A stretch of DNA of 64,000 nt from Pristiophorus japonicus (lineage: Eukaryota). The notes beneath the pieces were generated by a model that was given only the letters and a program-made list of their open reading frames with translations, did not search any database and was not told the origin of the DNA. The position numbers were made by a program, and so were the translations under genes. How positions within the stretch are numbered: position 1 is the first letter of the stretch; each line of letters begins with the position of its first letter. The stretch is from the NCBI RefSeq assembly GCF_044704955.1, contig NC_091980.1:123256001-123320000 (forward strand). The letters are read 5' to 3'. Shown in pieces: positions 50,201 to 62,029 of the stretch.

Positions 50201-52245
50201 CGATTGATAGTTACTTTGTAATTGCCACAGATTCTCACGGTGCCGTCTCCCTTGAGGACTGGGACGATAGGACTGGCGCACTCATTGAACTTAATCAGGA
50301 AAATGATGCCCTCTCTTTGCAACCAGTCAAGCTCGATCTCTACCCTTTCTCTCATCATGTACAGTACTGCTCTCGCCTTGTGATGGATGAGTGGCGCCCC
50401 CGGAATTAGATGGATCTGCACTTTTGCTCTTTGGACTTCCCCGATGGTTCGAACAGCGAAGGAAATTTGTTTAAGACCTGGGCACACGAAGTGTCATCAG
50501 CGGGCGATAGTGCTCGGACATCATCCCAGGTCCAGCATATCTTTCCCAGCCAGCTCCTGCCGAGCAGCATGGGACCATCGCCCAGAGTGGTAGCTTGTGC
50601 ACCGCTCCATCGTAGGAGACCTTTATGGTAGCATTGTCGATTACAGGAATCAGTTCTTTCGTGTAAGTTCTTAGTTTCCTGCAAACTGGAGTTAAGACTG
50701 GCCTTGAGGCCTTGTTGTATCACAACCTTTCAAAAGTCTTTTTGCCCATGATGGACTGGCTCGTGCCCCTGTCCAGCTCCATTGACACCGGGAGTCCATT
50801 TAGTTCAACTTTCAAAATTATCGGGGGACAATTCGTGGTGAATGCGTGCACCCCATGTACCTCCTCGATCTGAGGCTCTGGTTTGTTGTGATCCTCCGTG
50901 GATCTGTCCTCCTCTGCAGGTTTAACAGGCTTTGCAGCTCGCCTGCACACTCATTGGAGGTGTCCCATTGTTCCACAGCCCTTGCAAACGTATCCTTTGA
51001 ATCGGCATGAATGGAAACGATGATCACCTCCCGCAGCGCCAACAAGGTGTTAATAACCTTGCATTCATCACTCTTGATGGTGGACTCTGAGATATTGCGA
51101 ACGTATAGCTGCAGGTATGTGTGACCTGCCCTGTACGTTACGATTCGAAAACAACATCACTTTGTTCACAGTATTTGTAGCAGGACTTGTGTGCTGAGAG
51201 ATTTGCTTAGTATTGTCACTGGTGGCAATGAACGCCTGGGCTATCGCTATGGCCTTACTCAAGGTTGGGGTCTCTACAGTCAAAAGTTTGCAAAATATGG
51301 TTTCGTGGCCAATGCCAAGTACGAAAAAGTCTCTGAGCATTTGCTCCAAATGTCCTTTAAATTCGCAATGTCCTGCACGGCGTCTTAGCTCGGCAACATA
51401 ACTCGCCACTTCCTGGCCTTCAGATCTTTTGTCGGTGTAGAACCGGTACCTCGCCATCAGAATGCTTTCCTTCGGGTTCAAATGCTCTTGAACCAGTGTG
51501 CACAAATCGTCGTATGATTTCTCCGTGGGTTTCGCTGGAGTGAGCAGATTCTTCATGAGGCCATACGTTGGTGCCCCACAGATGGTGAGGAGGATCGCCC
51601 TTCGTTTGGCAGTGCTCTCTTCCCCATCTAGCTCATTGGCCACTAAGTATTGGTCAAGTCGCTCCACAAAAGTTTCCCAATCATCTCCCTCTGAGAATTT
51701 CTCCAGGATGCCCACTGTTCTCCGCATCTTTGGGTTTTCTATCTGTATCTTGTCACCAGTTGTTTTGTATGGAGAGAGAGTCAGACTGAACACTGTGAGC
51801 TCAAAGTAAAGTGTGAGCTTTGTTTTTTATTGCAGGTCTCCAGAGTGCCTCTCCAACCTGTGAAGCCTCCTTAAATACCTGTGCTCCCAAGGGATTATGG
51901 GATCCCTTGGGACTCCAGGGGATGAGCCCTCTGGTGGCTGTACAGAGTAAATACAAGTAAACATATATAACATAAACGATCCCATGGCACAATTCGAAGA
52001 AGAGCAACAATGTTCTCCTTGGTGTCCTGGCCAACATCTATTCCTCGACCAACATCACTTAAAAATAAGTAGATGATCTGGTCATTTATCTCATTGCTGT
52101 TTGTGGGACCTTGCTAGGTACAAATTGGCTGCCGCACTTCCGATATTACAACAGTGACTGCACTTCAAGAAAGTAATTCATTGGCTGTAAAGCACTTTGG
52201 GAAATCCCTGACATTGTGAGAATCACTATGTAACTACAGGTTTTT
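47250..52245 (+). mobile_element. Deu-domain SINE split by a Gypsy insertion (47250-47445 plus 51973-52245)
   Basis: tRNA-like head CCTTGGCTCAG..TTCAAGTCCCAC; core ..GGTGGACATAAAC | GATCCCATGGCAC..GAAGAAGAGC continues across the LTR element. Confidence 0.88.
47446..51972 (-). mobile_element. Ty3/Gypsy LTR retrotransposon family B, copy 2, full length but decayed
   Basis: LTRs 47446-~47655 and 51761-51972; perfect TSD TAAAC; degenerate PBS TGGTGACAAG; gag 51068-51727, PR (MELDRGTSQS), RT (VVFQDDILVTG), RH, H2C2 (LHSTHPG) and IN pieces with frameshifts. Confidence 0.96.
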
Positions 52246-52366
52246 CTTTATTGTCTCCTTCCCAGAATGCTGCAATGCTGTGCATGGGGAGCTTGCCCTG
52301 AAGTGCCAAGCAGTACCACCCTCTTTCTTACCACCTGAATCAGCATGATTTCCACTTCACACTTCA

Positions 52367-52986
52367 AGGGCTGGATTGTCATTATGTTGCCACCTTTGTT
52401 CGCGCCCCTGGTTAATGGCGGCAGGAATAATTTGCGGTCAGGCGGCCAGGTGCCAGCGCCCCATTGGGAAATCTGCTGCCGGTTTTGCAGGGGCTGAGCA
52501 GCACTGCTCGGGTACATCAAGCCGGTGTGCAATGCCCCCGGTTTCGACAGCGCTTTGATTTAGATTGACACTGAGCCTGCAGCACCCCGTAGGGCACCAT
52601 AGTGGGACCGCCTGGAAAACCAGGTGTGAAGGAAACCTGGAGTGAAGGAATTACTGCATGAGATACGTTTGAGTGTTTTATTATTTTTATTTTTGCGATT
52701 TATCTTAATGTTGGGTGTTCAAGGTATTGGGAATGTTTTTTGTGTGTTTTGTGTCGATTCCTTTTTCCAGGGAAGCCTCTCTTCAGGCGCTCCGAGGCCG
52801 GCTCTTTAACTTGGGATTTTCAGTTGTTCAGCCGGCCTAGCGCCCTAAAAGAAGTGTGGAACGCCTCCTTTAGCGCTCCGCTCCACGCTCAGGGCCCAGT
52901 TGCTGAATTTTGAGGCTGCAGATGTAAAATTTACCGCCACACCGCCATTAGTGCCCGGAAAACCCTCCAAACGAAAATCCAGCCCT
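52367..52986. mobile_element. Harbinger-like MITE
   Basis: TIRs AGGGCTGGATTGTC / GAAAATCCAGCCCT; related to 40278-40902. Confidence 0.7.
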
Positions 52987-54074
52987 CTCAGAGTGCTATT
53001 CCATGAGTTGGCCACAGACCAACTTCCTGTTTCCATGTTTATCATGCCGGACATCAGATAGTGCCACCAATTATTTTACACAGATACATGAAAATGTTAA
53101 CAGCCATTTTAAAGGCTACCAACATTTTTGTCCCCATATTCAGCCATTTACCTTTAAGTGGCCACAACCCTTCAAATTTACTCCAAATTGCTTACATGAC
53201 ATTTCAGTCCTGCCTGTACCTGGTGAGCTCCCAACACCAGGCCCAACATAGAGTGGGAACTCACCCACACTATTTAAATCAAGCTTAAAATTATGTGGCG
53301 TCAGCACACCAACAGTCAGGCATACCACCTTCTTAATGACTGACTAGAAACTCCAAACCATTGTCACCTTGAATACAAAAACTGTTTCCAGCGGGTGAGG
53401 TCATCACGTGGTATAAATTAGCAATCGGCTCCGAATTAAACTTAAAACCTGAGGTGGTCTCAGTTTACATAGACTTGATTTTACCCTAAATTTGGACTGT
53501 TTAAAGAAGGGGGAAGAAGTAAAAATGTCTCTACCGTGAACACAGATTGTCTCGGCATTGTAATTCAAAGTAGGACCCCATGGAGACTTGCCGCAGTCTC
53601 CCAGCAGGAGAAAGAACCACTTGGTTGACATATATGCTGAGTGCACCTCCAGCTGGCTGATACTGAGATGAGCAGCAACTGGCACTCAAGGCTGGTAAGG
53701 ATGCCAAATCTCTTGCTTCACCGGCCATATCATCCAAGCAATCTTTTCTGGCTCTCAAATGGGTCATTGTGAAGCTATTCTTTAACTCAAGGAACAGGAA
53801 TTCATTGTTTTAAATCACTCCGATCATATCTGTCGTTATAATAGCAAATGAAAGTATCCATTGAACTCAAGGTCTGTAACATTGCTTGGCACTGGAAAGA
53901 GTCATACTTGCCAACCATTCATGTCTTATACACACAGTCAGCATTTGGACATAGTTACCCCCTGTTTGCTTTTGAGCTTGAAAACGAGCAGAGCTGTCAA
54001 TATGACTCAAACTTGTCACACTTGACAGATCCATCTTCCTCGCTGAAGAAATAGAGAGTTGGAGATCCAAGTTT

Positions 54075-54700
54075 GCTGCCGACCCCCATGTTAGACAGCA
54101 GGATAAATAGTGCAGAAGGGAGCAGAAAGTTGCAAAAGGACAATACTAGATGAAGTGAGCGGGAAAACAGTGGCAGACGGAGTTAAATGTGAGAAGTGTG
54201 AGGTCATCCACCTTAGACCTAAGAAAGATAGATCAGAGTATTTTCTAAATGGTGAGAAACTAGAAACTTTGGGGGAGCAGAGAGATTAAGGGGTTCGTGC
54301 AGAAATCACTAAAAGCTAGTGAACAGGCACAAAAAATAATTTAAAAGGCTAACGGAATGTTTGCCTTTATTTCAAGGGACTGGAATACAAAGTGGTGGCA
54401 GTTATGCTCCAGTTGTAAAAAGCTGTGGTTCGACCTCAATTAGAGTACTGCCTTCAGTTCTGGGCATCGCATCTCAGGAAGGCCTTTGAGGTGGGGAAAC
54501 GTAGATTCACCAGAATGATACCGGGGCTAAAATGGTTAGATTATGAGAACAGGTTGCATAATTCAGGCTTGTATTCCCTTGAGTTCAGAAGTTTAAAGGG
54601 TGATCTAATTGAGGTGTTTAAGATGATTAAAGGATTTGGTAGGAAAATAGAGAGATTTATTTTCTCTTTTGGGTGAGTCCAGAACAAGGGGTATATCAAG
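54075..54700 (+). mobile_element. Old CR1 ORF2 fragment
   Basis: AAGTTTGCTG.CGAC (KFA.D), VRPQLEYCLQFW..RRFTRMIPG..LYSLEFR..GDLIEVFK. Confidence 0.85.
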
Positions 54701-54976
54701 ACTCTAAAGAACCTGGAGCAGCTGGAGGGAGATTTAAACATCAGCGTCTCCCTGACAACGGAGGCAGCTCGAGTCTGGAGCTATTGCGGGTCCTGTCAAG
54801 AGGACAAAATGAGAAATAAAAAGTATTAAAATTATGACATCACAAGGATGGAGGACAGTGATTGGTTCTTCCATATTAGTTGCATCACTGGACAGGGAAT
54901 TAATCTTAAACAAAGCTAAAAGCTGATTTAATTTGATTCAATTGCTGATTTTCCAATTTTAACTTAATTTATAATT

Positions 54977-55985
54977 ATAAGAACATAAGAACATAAGAAT
55001 ATAAGAAATAGGAACAGGAGTAGGCCATACGGCCTCATGAGCCTGCTCCGCCATTCAATAAGATCGTGGCTGATCTGATCATGGACTCAGCTCCACTTCC
55101 CCGCCCACTTCTCCTAACCCCTTATTCCCTTATCGTTTAAGAAACTGTCTATTTCTGTCTTAAATTTATTCAATGTCCCAGCTTCAACAGCTCTGAGGCA
55201 GCGAATTCCACAGATTTACCACCCTCTGAGAGAAGAAATTTCTCTTCATCTCTGTTTTAAATGGGCGATCCCTTATTCTAAGATCATGCCCTCTAGTTCT
55301 AATCTCCCCCATCAGTGGAAACATCCTCTTTGCATCCACCTTGTCAAGCTCCCTCATAATCTTATACGTTTCGATAAGATCACCTCTCATTCTTCTGAAT
55401 TCCAATGAGTAGAGGCCCAACCTACTCAACCATTCCTCATAAGTCAACCTCCTCATCCCCTGAATCAACCTTGTGCACCTTCTCTGAACTGCCTCCAAAG
55501 CAAGTATATCCTTTCGTAAATATGGAAACCAAAACTCTACGCAGTATTCCAGGCGTGGCCTCACCAATACCTTATATAGCTGAAGCAAGACTCCCCTGCT
55601 TTTATACTCCATCCCCTTTGCAATAAAGGCCAAGATATCATTGGTCTTCCTGATCACTTGCTGTACCTGCATACTATCCTTTTGTGTTTCATGCACAAAT
55701 ATCCCCAGGTCCCGCTGTACTGCAGCACTTTGCAATCTTTCTCCATTTAAATAATAACTTGCTCTTTGATTTTTTCTGCCAAAGTGCATGACCCCACACT
55801 TTCCAACATTATACTCCATCTGTCAAATTTTTGCCCACTCACTTAGACTGTCTATGTCCTTTTGCAGATTTTTTTGTGTCCTCCTCACACATTGCTTTTC
55901 CTCCCATCTTTGTATCGTCAGCAAACTTGGCTATGTTACACGCAGTCCCTTCTTCCAAGTCATTAATATAGATTGTAAATAGTTT
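54977..55985 (-). mobile_element. CR1 LINE 3' ~1 kb fragment
   Basis: ORF 55184-55819 (MEYNVGKC..QRDLG..LYSLEFRRMRGDLIE..RVVNLWNSLPQ); (TTCTTATG)n tail at about 54977-55010; same subfamily as 3586-4231. Confidence 0.94.
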
Positions 55986-57079
55986 ATGGTACATATTATT
56001 TAATTTTGTTTAATTTTTATGACACTGATTTTACTATTGTATGCTCCTTATTGTATTATTTATAATGTCATTTGAATTAATTTTTTCTTTGTTTTTTCTG
56101 TGTCTATCTGGGTGCACATTTTGGCTGCCGCTTCGGACCCGAGACTTGAACCTCTTTTTCACTTCCTTCTCACGCGTTTTCTCTCTTTCCCTCAATGGTC
56201 AATATCTAACGTGTTGTAAAATTGTTGTGAAGCACCTTGGGACAGTTTACTATGTTAAAGGTGCTATATAAATAAACATTATTATTATAATAAAGTTGTT
56301 TTGAAGTCTGTACAGCTATGTTATTTTCATTTTTTATCTTCCAGGATAAATTGTTTTTGTCTTGAAAGGCAGAATTACAGTAGACTCCCAAATGCTAGAA
56401 TAAATGCCAGGCAAGGTGTTAAAGATCAACATTTTTTAATGGGATGGGCCATGCCACAGCGACACTTGCACTCCCACACTCCCGGAAAGAACCACCAGTT
56501 TTAGTGCTGGCAAGCCCTTTCAGAAAGTTCTAAATCCTGCAATGCTCTATATTATGGTTTTATCTATATGATTTCCTGCAATGTAAGTGATGGAATATAC
56601 TAATTAGATATACTTGCAGCTTGAGTTACAACAAGTCCAATTTTATTAAAACTGCTTGTCTTTATATGTCTATTTTCGGTTTTTAAGTCGGCAGTTGCAG
56701 CTTTTGCTCAGCTTTTATTTGTTTCCTCGTTTGGTATGCATAAGCTAATGTTGTCCCCTACAACCTTTCTTGTATGATTTAGGTCACCTTTGTCCTATCC
56801 CTTGTTTACAACATCTTTCTTGTAGAAGCTGGATGACCTTTAAACTGACCAACTTTATAGTCTACTAAGGTCACTATAGGTCATATGGACATTTAAAAGC
56901 CAACTGGAATAATTAAATAGGCTCTCCCAACACTTGTATAAGGGTCACAAATTTTCCCAAATGAACAATTCCTAAAATAAATGAGTCGCTGCTGGATGAA
57001 TTGTGATAAAAGTTTGTTGATTTGGTGGTAGAAATTAGAACATCAATATGCAATTGAAAGAGCATTCAGGCTATATTTT

Positions 57080-57735
57080 CTATAATATTTCCTCAGATAA
57101 TGAAGCAGTCCATGCCCACATGCAGCAAGACCTGGACAACATTCAAGCGTGGGTTGCTAAGTGGCAAGTAACATTTGCGCCACACAAGTATCAGGCAATC
57201 ACCATCTCCAACAAGAGAATGTCTAACCACCTCCTCTTGACACTCAATGGCATTACCATCGCGGAATCCCCCACCATCAACATCCTCAGGGCCATCATTG
57301 ACCAGAAACTTAACTGGACCAGCCACATAAATACTGTGGCTACAAGAGCACCACCTTAAACATTCACTTCTTCCACCACCGGTGCACCATGTCCACCATC
57401 TACAAGATGCACTGCAGCAACTCACCAAAGCTTCTTTGACAGCACTTGCCAAATCCGCGAGGTCTACCACCTAGAAGGACAAGGACAGCAGGCGCATAGG
57501 AACACCATCACCCCCAAGTCTTACACAATCCTGACTTGGAAATATATCGCCATTCCTTCATCGTCGCTGGGTCAAAATCCTGGAACTCTTTCCCTCCCAG
57601 CACTGTACAAATACCTTCACCACTCAGACTGCAGCGGTTCAAGAAGGCAATTCAACAATAGCTTCTCAAGGGCAATTAAGGATGGGCAATAAAATGCTGA
57701 CCTTGCTAGCGACGCCCACATCCCGCGAGTGAATA
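57080..57735 (+). mobile_element. CR1-clade LINE 3' fragment (second family)
   Basis: MQQDLDNIQAW..KWQVTFAPHK..IDQKLNWTSHI; tail GGGCAATTAAGGATGGGCAATAAAATGCTGACC. Confidence 0.8.
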
Positions 57736-57758
57736 AATAATATAAAAATGTATATAAG

Positions 57759-58510
57759 GGGGGCGAAATTGCCCCTTCTTATAGCCCCGTTAGTGTCCCT
57801 GGGGGCGCTAATGGGGCGCAAGGCAGTTTTCACCCGGGGAGGGGGGGGTGGCGCCAATGCCATCCAGGAAATTTCCCCAGAGTTTTGGGAGATGCTGTCC
57901 CGGCAGTGCCGTGCACCGTGGTTAGCGCCCCAGACTGCCGCGCAACCAGTGATCAAGTCATCACCGTGCACTGCGATCCCTCACTGCCCCGCGCCAACCC
58001 CGTAATGCCCCGTTGGGGAAATTGCTAGTGCAGGCAGATGTCACCGCCAGCTTCACAGGTCATGGGTTGCGCAGCTGATGGACATCCGCTCCCAGGGCAC
58101 TGTTTAAAGAGGAGGCTTGCAGCACCCCAGGCCGCCATTTTGGTTTGGCCTGACCATGGCGGCCCTAGTGTGGACCGGGCTGCCATCGTGCAGCCCAGCA
58201 CTCCACTTTGGGTGCTGGGCTGCTGGCCTGGTCTCACGCTGCCCTGGTGTGCCAGTGGCGACCACCAGAGAGCCTGCAGAGTGCACAGCGGAGGGGAGGG
58301 CATTATAGCGCATTAGCGCTACGGCACTGGACACAGTTACCGTCCCAGGAGCGCCCCAAAGGAAACCGACCGCCGGAGACAGCACTTCACTTTCTTTGAG
58401 GGATGTAAGGCCCAATTCCGTGTTGGGGCCGGACTTCCGGGCCGGGCAATAAAAGTCCCAGCCCCAGAAGGTTACTGCCCCCAATCAGGGCGAGGGGCAA
58501 TTTTGCCCCC
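57759..58510. mobile_element. Harbinger-like MITE
   Basis: 17-bp TIR GGGGGC(G/A)AAATTGCCCC with one mismatch; flanks AAG and AAT. Confidence 0.8.
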
Positions 58511-59356
58511 AATATATCCAATTCTCTTTATAGAAAAACTGTTTGGCAAACCTATGTTTGTTTTGGATAATTTCTGTCACAAATGATGTGCCGAAGCATT
58601 TTGACACAATTTATATAACTGCTTTGATTGTAAAGAAAATGGAAAAATAATTTCCAAAAACCTTCGTGAGGATCGATCCTTTTAAGAATAACTGTTACTA
58701 AAGCATTGCATTATTGAATCTCAGACAATAGGTGTCTATAGTCAGTCAGCTGACAAAGAGTATCGTGGAAATATAGCCAGAATAAACCTCCACTGACATG
58801 CACAGAAACTTAGATTTTGTATTAAGCTCATTGTTATCCACTCTTCATTTGGCTGCAGGACTGTTTCCCCAGGCAAAGCTGGATAATATCAGCAGACCTC
58901 AGTAATTACAGCAATGAGTGCAGCCTCTCCATAAAGGACTGTACTTCACCAACCTACGTTTGCTTTGGATGATGTCCGTGGAATCTAATATTGACGAGCT
59001 TGCAGATAATGTCACCATCCAACAAATCATTTCAACACCGGTTAATTAGGCTGGTGGCAAAATCAACCATTGGGCATATTGTTTTAAAGTTTTCTCAATG
59101 CCAGCAAACATAACCCAAATGTTGCTTGTATCCACAATATCGTTACTGCTATTTCACCATCTCATTCATGAGAGTCTGGTAGCATTCTTACCCTGGATTA
59201 TTGATATGAAACAGCCATACAATAGAATAAATGTGGAGATTGTGATATATTCTTATGACATCACTACAAAGCACACATACACAAGATGGTTCTACACAGA
59301 AAACTGTCATCATGTGACTTTGCCACATGACCCTTTTATTGTCTTTACATCATTGG

Positions 59357-59410
59357 TTGCAGTACATCAGTAGTCCACGAGGTGGAGCAGTAGTCCACTA
59401 GGGGGAGCTC
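59357..59410 (+). promoter_or_regulatory. Tandem CTCF-like binding sites
   Basis: CCACGAGGTGGAGC and CCACTAGGGGGAGC 20 bp apart; TGCAGTAC upstream-motif-like sequence precedes the first. Confidence 0.6.
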
Positions 59411-60639
59411 CATTACAGCAATCAAGAATTTTCTGAGCTTTATAACATGGGAAATACTGTTAGCACCATCAACTAAGATTGCAGCGTGCACAGGATGAGA
59501 TAAGCAGGCTCTCTTGCATCCGTTAGCCTGAAAAGGATGCTGAATGTGAAAGCAATCTTTGCCTTGTCGGTAACCGCTTGAGTTGGATGTTGAGTTACAT
59601 CAGACTGAATAAAGCAGGGATAGTTTAACACAACCCACTACCACCACCACTACCTGGCATTCCTGTGTGCATTCCAGAGGTGATCAGCATGATAGCTCTG
59701 GAACATCTAGCTGATCTCGGGTTTACACTGAAGGCATTTCAAGGCAGATGAGCATCGCGAGTTTGAAAAGCCATGTTCAGAAACACTCCATCATTCAAAC
59801 AACTGCTGTCATAGACTGCGCCCTGTGGAATGTCTCACCATCTGAGTACCTTACATTTATATGCAGTGAATTTACTCGCTGGATACCTTCTGTGGCCTTA
59901 CTCTGATTGGCCGCGAAACCAGTTCACAGAAGCAGGGCTTTAAGAAGTGCAGAAATGTGCCTGTATTTTCTGAACAGATAATGTTCAATGTGCATCAAAG
60001 CATTTAAAATGCATCATGGACTTCATAGCAATTGTTTTATTCCACATTAACCAGGAATAATTACATTTTGCTGGGAAAAGCTGATCTACATTTCTTTAAT
60101 GTCAATAGATATGAGACCTCTGGCTAGTTCATTGCATCTGAACTCACTGACAAAGTCATAATAACTCAGAATCTGTTCTCTAGAACCATGTGTTTATTGA
60201 GGTCCAATTTCAACGCAAGTTGATATGCCATTCTCTGTACTAATAAAGAAATGAAAATAAAGCACAAGCATTCGGCTTTGCTCTAGTTCCCTGGCAAATT
60301 TTAAGCTGTATTTAGAATTGCAGAGTATGGTTTATTTATAACAGTTACCTACATATTACATAGAATTTGGCAATCCTGTCGGGGTATGTTTGTATATCTT
60401 AAAAGAAGAGTAAAGGCTATTTTCTCTCTGGAATGTTCTCAGAAATGAGCTCAACCAGCAAAATAGAATAACCAATTGATAGGTCAGTCAATGCTACCCT
60501 GCCCTGATATGGGCCAGCGTATGTCTAACCTTGACACAAACTTCCATTCCTGGTAGAGGCTGACTCTTTGCATTAAAGCCTGATACTTGTGCTGTTCGAA
60601 CTGATCAAAAGAACACCTGCAAAACAAATGTCCACAAGT

Positions 60640-61740
60640 ACAACAACAACAGCTTGCACTTATATAGCACCTTTAACAGAGTAAAACATCCCAAGGCGCT
60701 TCACAGTCGCGTTATCAAACAAAATTTGACACCATAAGGAGATATTGGGGCAGATGACCAAAAACTTGGGGCCCCAATTTGATCACCTTACCGCCCACTG
60801 CCGCTGACATACCACTTTGGGTTCCACCCAGTGCCAATTTTGAGGTGGGTTGGAGCGGGTGGGAGGGAAGAATTGCCAAAAACAGCCTGCTGACGTCAGC
60901 AACTGAGCACCCGCCCGCCGAGATGCCAGATTGGTGTGGGCGGGAGTTGGTGCCAGAACAGGGATGTACCGCTGGTCGGAGACTGTTCTATCCCCGATGG
61001 TAGGTAGGAAGATCCTGAAAAAAAAGGTTAGTGAACTTTAAAAAAACATTTCACAGCGACTTACCTCAATGGTGTCCCCTGAGGTCTTCCGATGGATTTG
61101 CTCTTTGACCCTTGGTGGGCCCGACTCCCTCCTCGGTGGCACTTGGGCGGCAAGAGCCTTTGCCAGTGAGAATGAGAGCTCCCGCCAGCTGCCGCCCAGA
61201 TTGGCAGTGTACATTGCAGATTTGGCGCCCACCGACCTTCGAGGGACCTGGGCGATGAAAACCCCGCCCAATGAACTGTCAGGGTCCTCAGCGGCCATCG
61301 CCGGTCCTTTGGGCCGCACTTGGGTGGGCGGAGGCCTTCACCAAATTCCGGCCCATGGTCAAAGAGGTAGGTTTTAAGGAGGGTAGAGAGGCGGAGAGGT
61401 TTAGGGAGGGCATTCCAGAGCTTAGGGCCGAGGCAGTTGAAGGCATGTCCACCAGTGGTTGAACGATTAAAATCGGCTAGCGGCCAGAATTGGAGGAGCT
61501 CAGATATCTCAAAGGGTTGTAGGGCTGGAGGAGGTTGCAGGGGCAAGGCCATGAAGGGATTTGAAAACAAGGATGTTAATTTTAAAATCGAAGCATTCCT
61601 CAACCGGAACACAATGTAGGTCTGTGAGCACAAGGGTGATGGGTGAATGGGACTTGGTGTGAGATAGGATATGGACAGCAGGGCTTTGGATGAGCTTAGG
61701 TTTATGGAGGGTGGAAGATGGGAATCAGACTAGGAGTGCA
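60640..61740 (-). mobile_element. L2 LINE 3' fragment interrupted by a MITE
   Basis: Minus-strand peptide RSTTGGHAFNCLGPKLWNALPKPLRL..LKTYLFD (L2-type C-terminus); tail AAAGGTGCTATATAAGTGCAAG(TTG)n. Confidence 0.8.
60769..61354. mobile_element. Harbinger-like MITE nested in L2
   Basis: Ends GGGCCCCAATTTG / CAAATTCCGGCCC; flanks TTG and ATG; L2 sequence GACCAAAAACTTG|GTCAAAGAGGTAGG rejoins across it. Confidence 0.75.
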
Positions 61741-62029
61741 TCTGGCCGCCTCGCCGATGGCTGGACCTCCCATGGCGACAGACGACCTCCGCCTCAAAGA
61801 CGACCGGGTCCCTCTCTCTCACATCGGCGACTGACCTCCCCTCCTCCTTCAGCGACGACCGGAGCTCTCCTTCCCCACTGGCGACCTGGCCTCTTCTCTA
61901 CCTTCAACATGTGGTGAGTTTCATGGCAGTGACTCCCCCTGCCCTCCCATCCTGAACCCCGTTGGGCCACTGACCCGCCCAATGCCTGCCTCCAACCAGG
62001 CCTCGGACCACCTACCAGCAAGGGCGTTA

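Noticed and set aside
53404-53767. Short minus-strand ORFs in apparently unique sequence
   Set aside because: No recognisable domain and no convincing splice-site pair.
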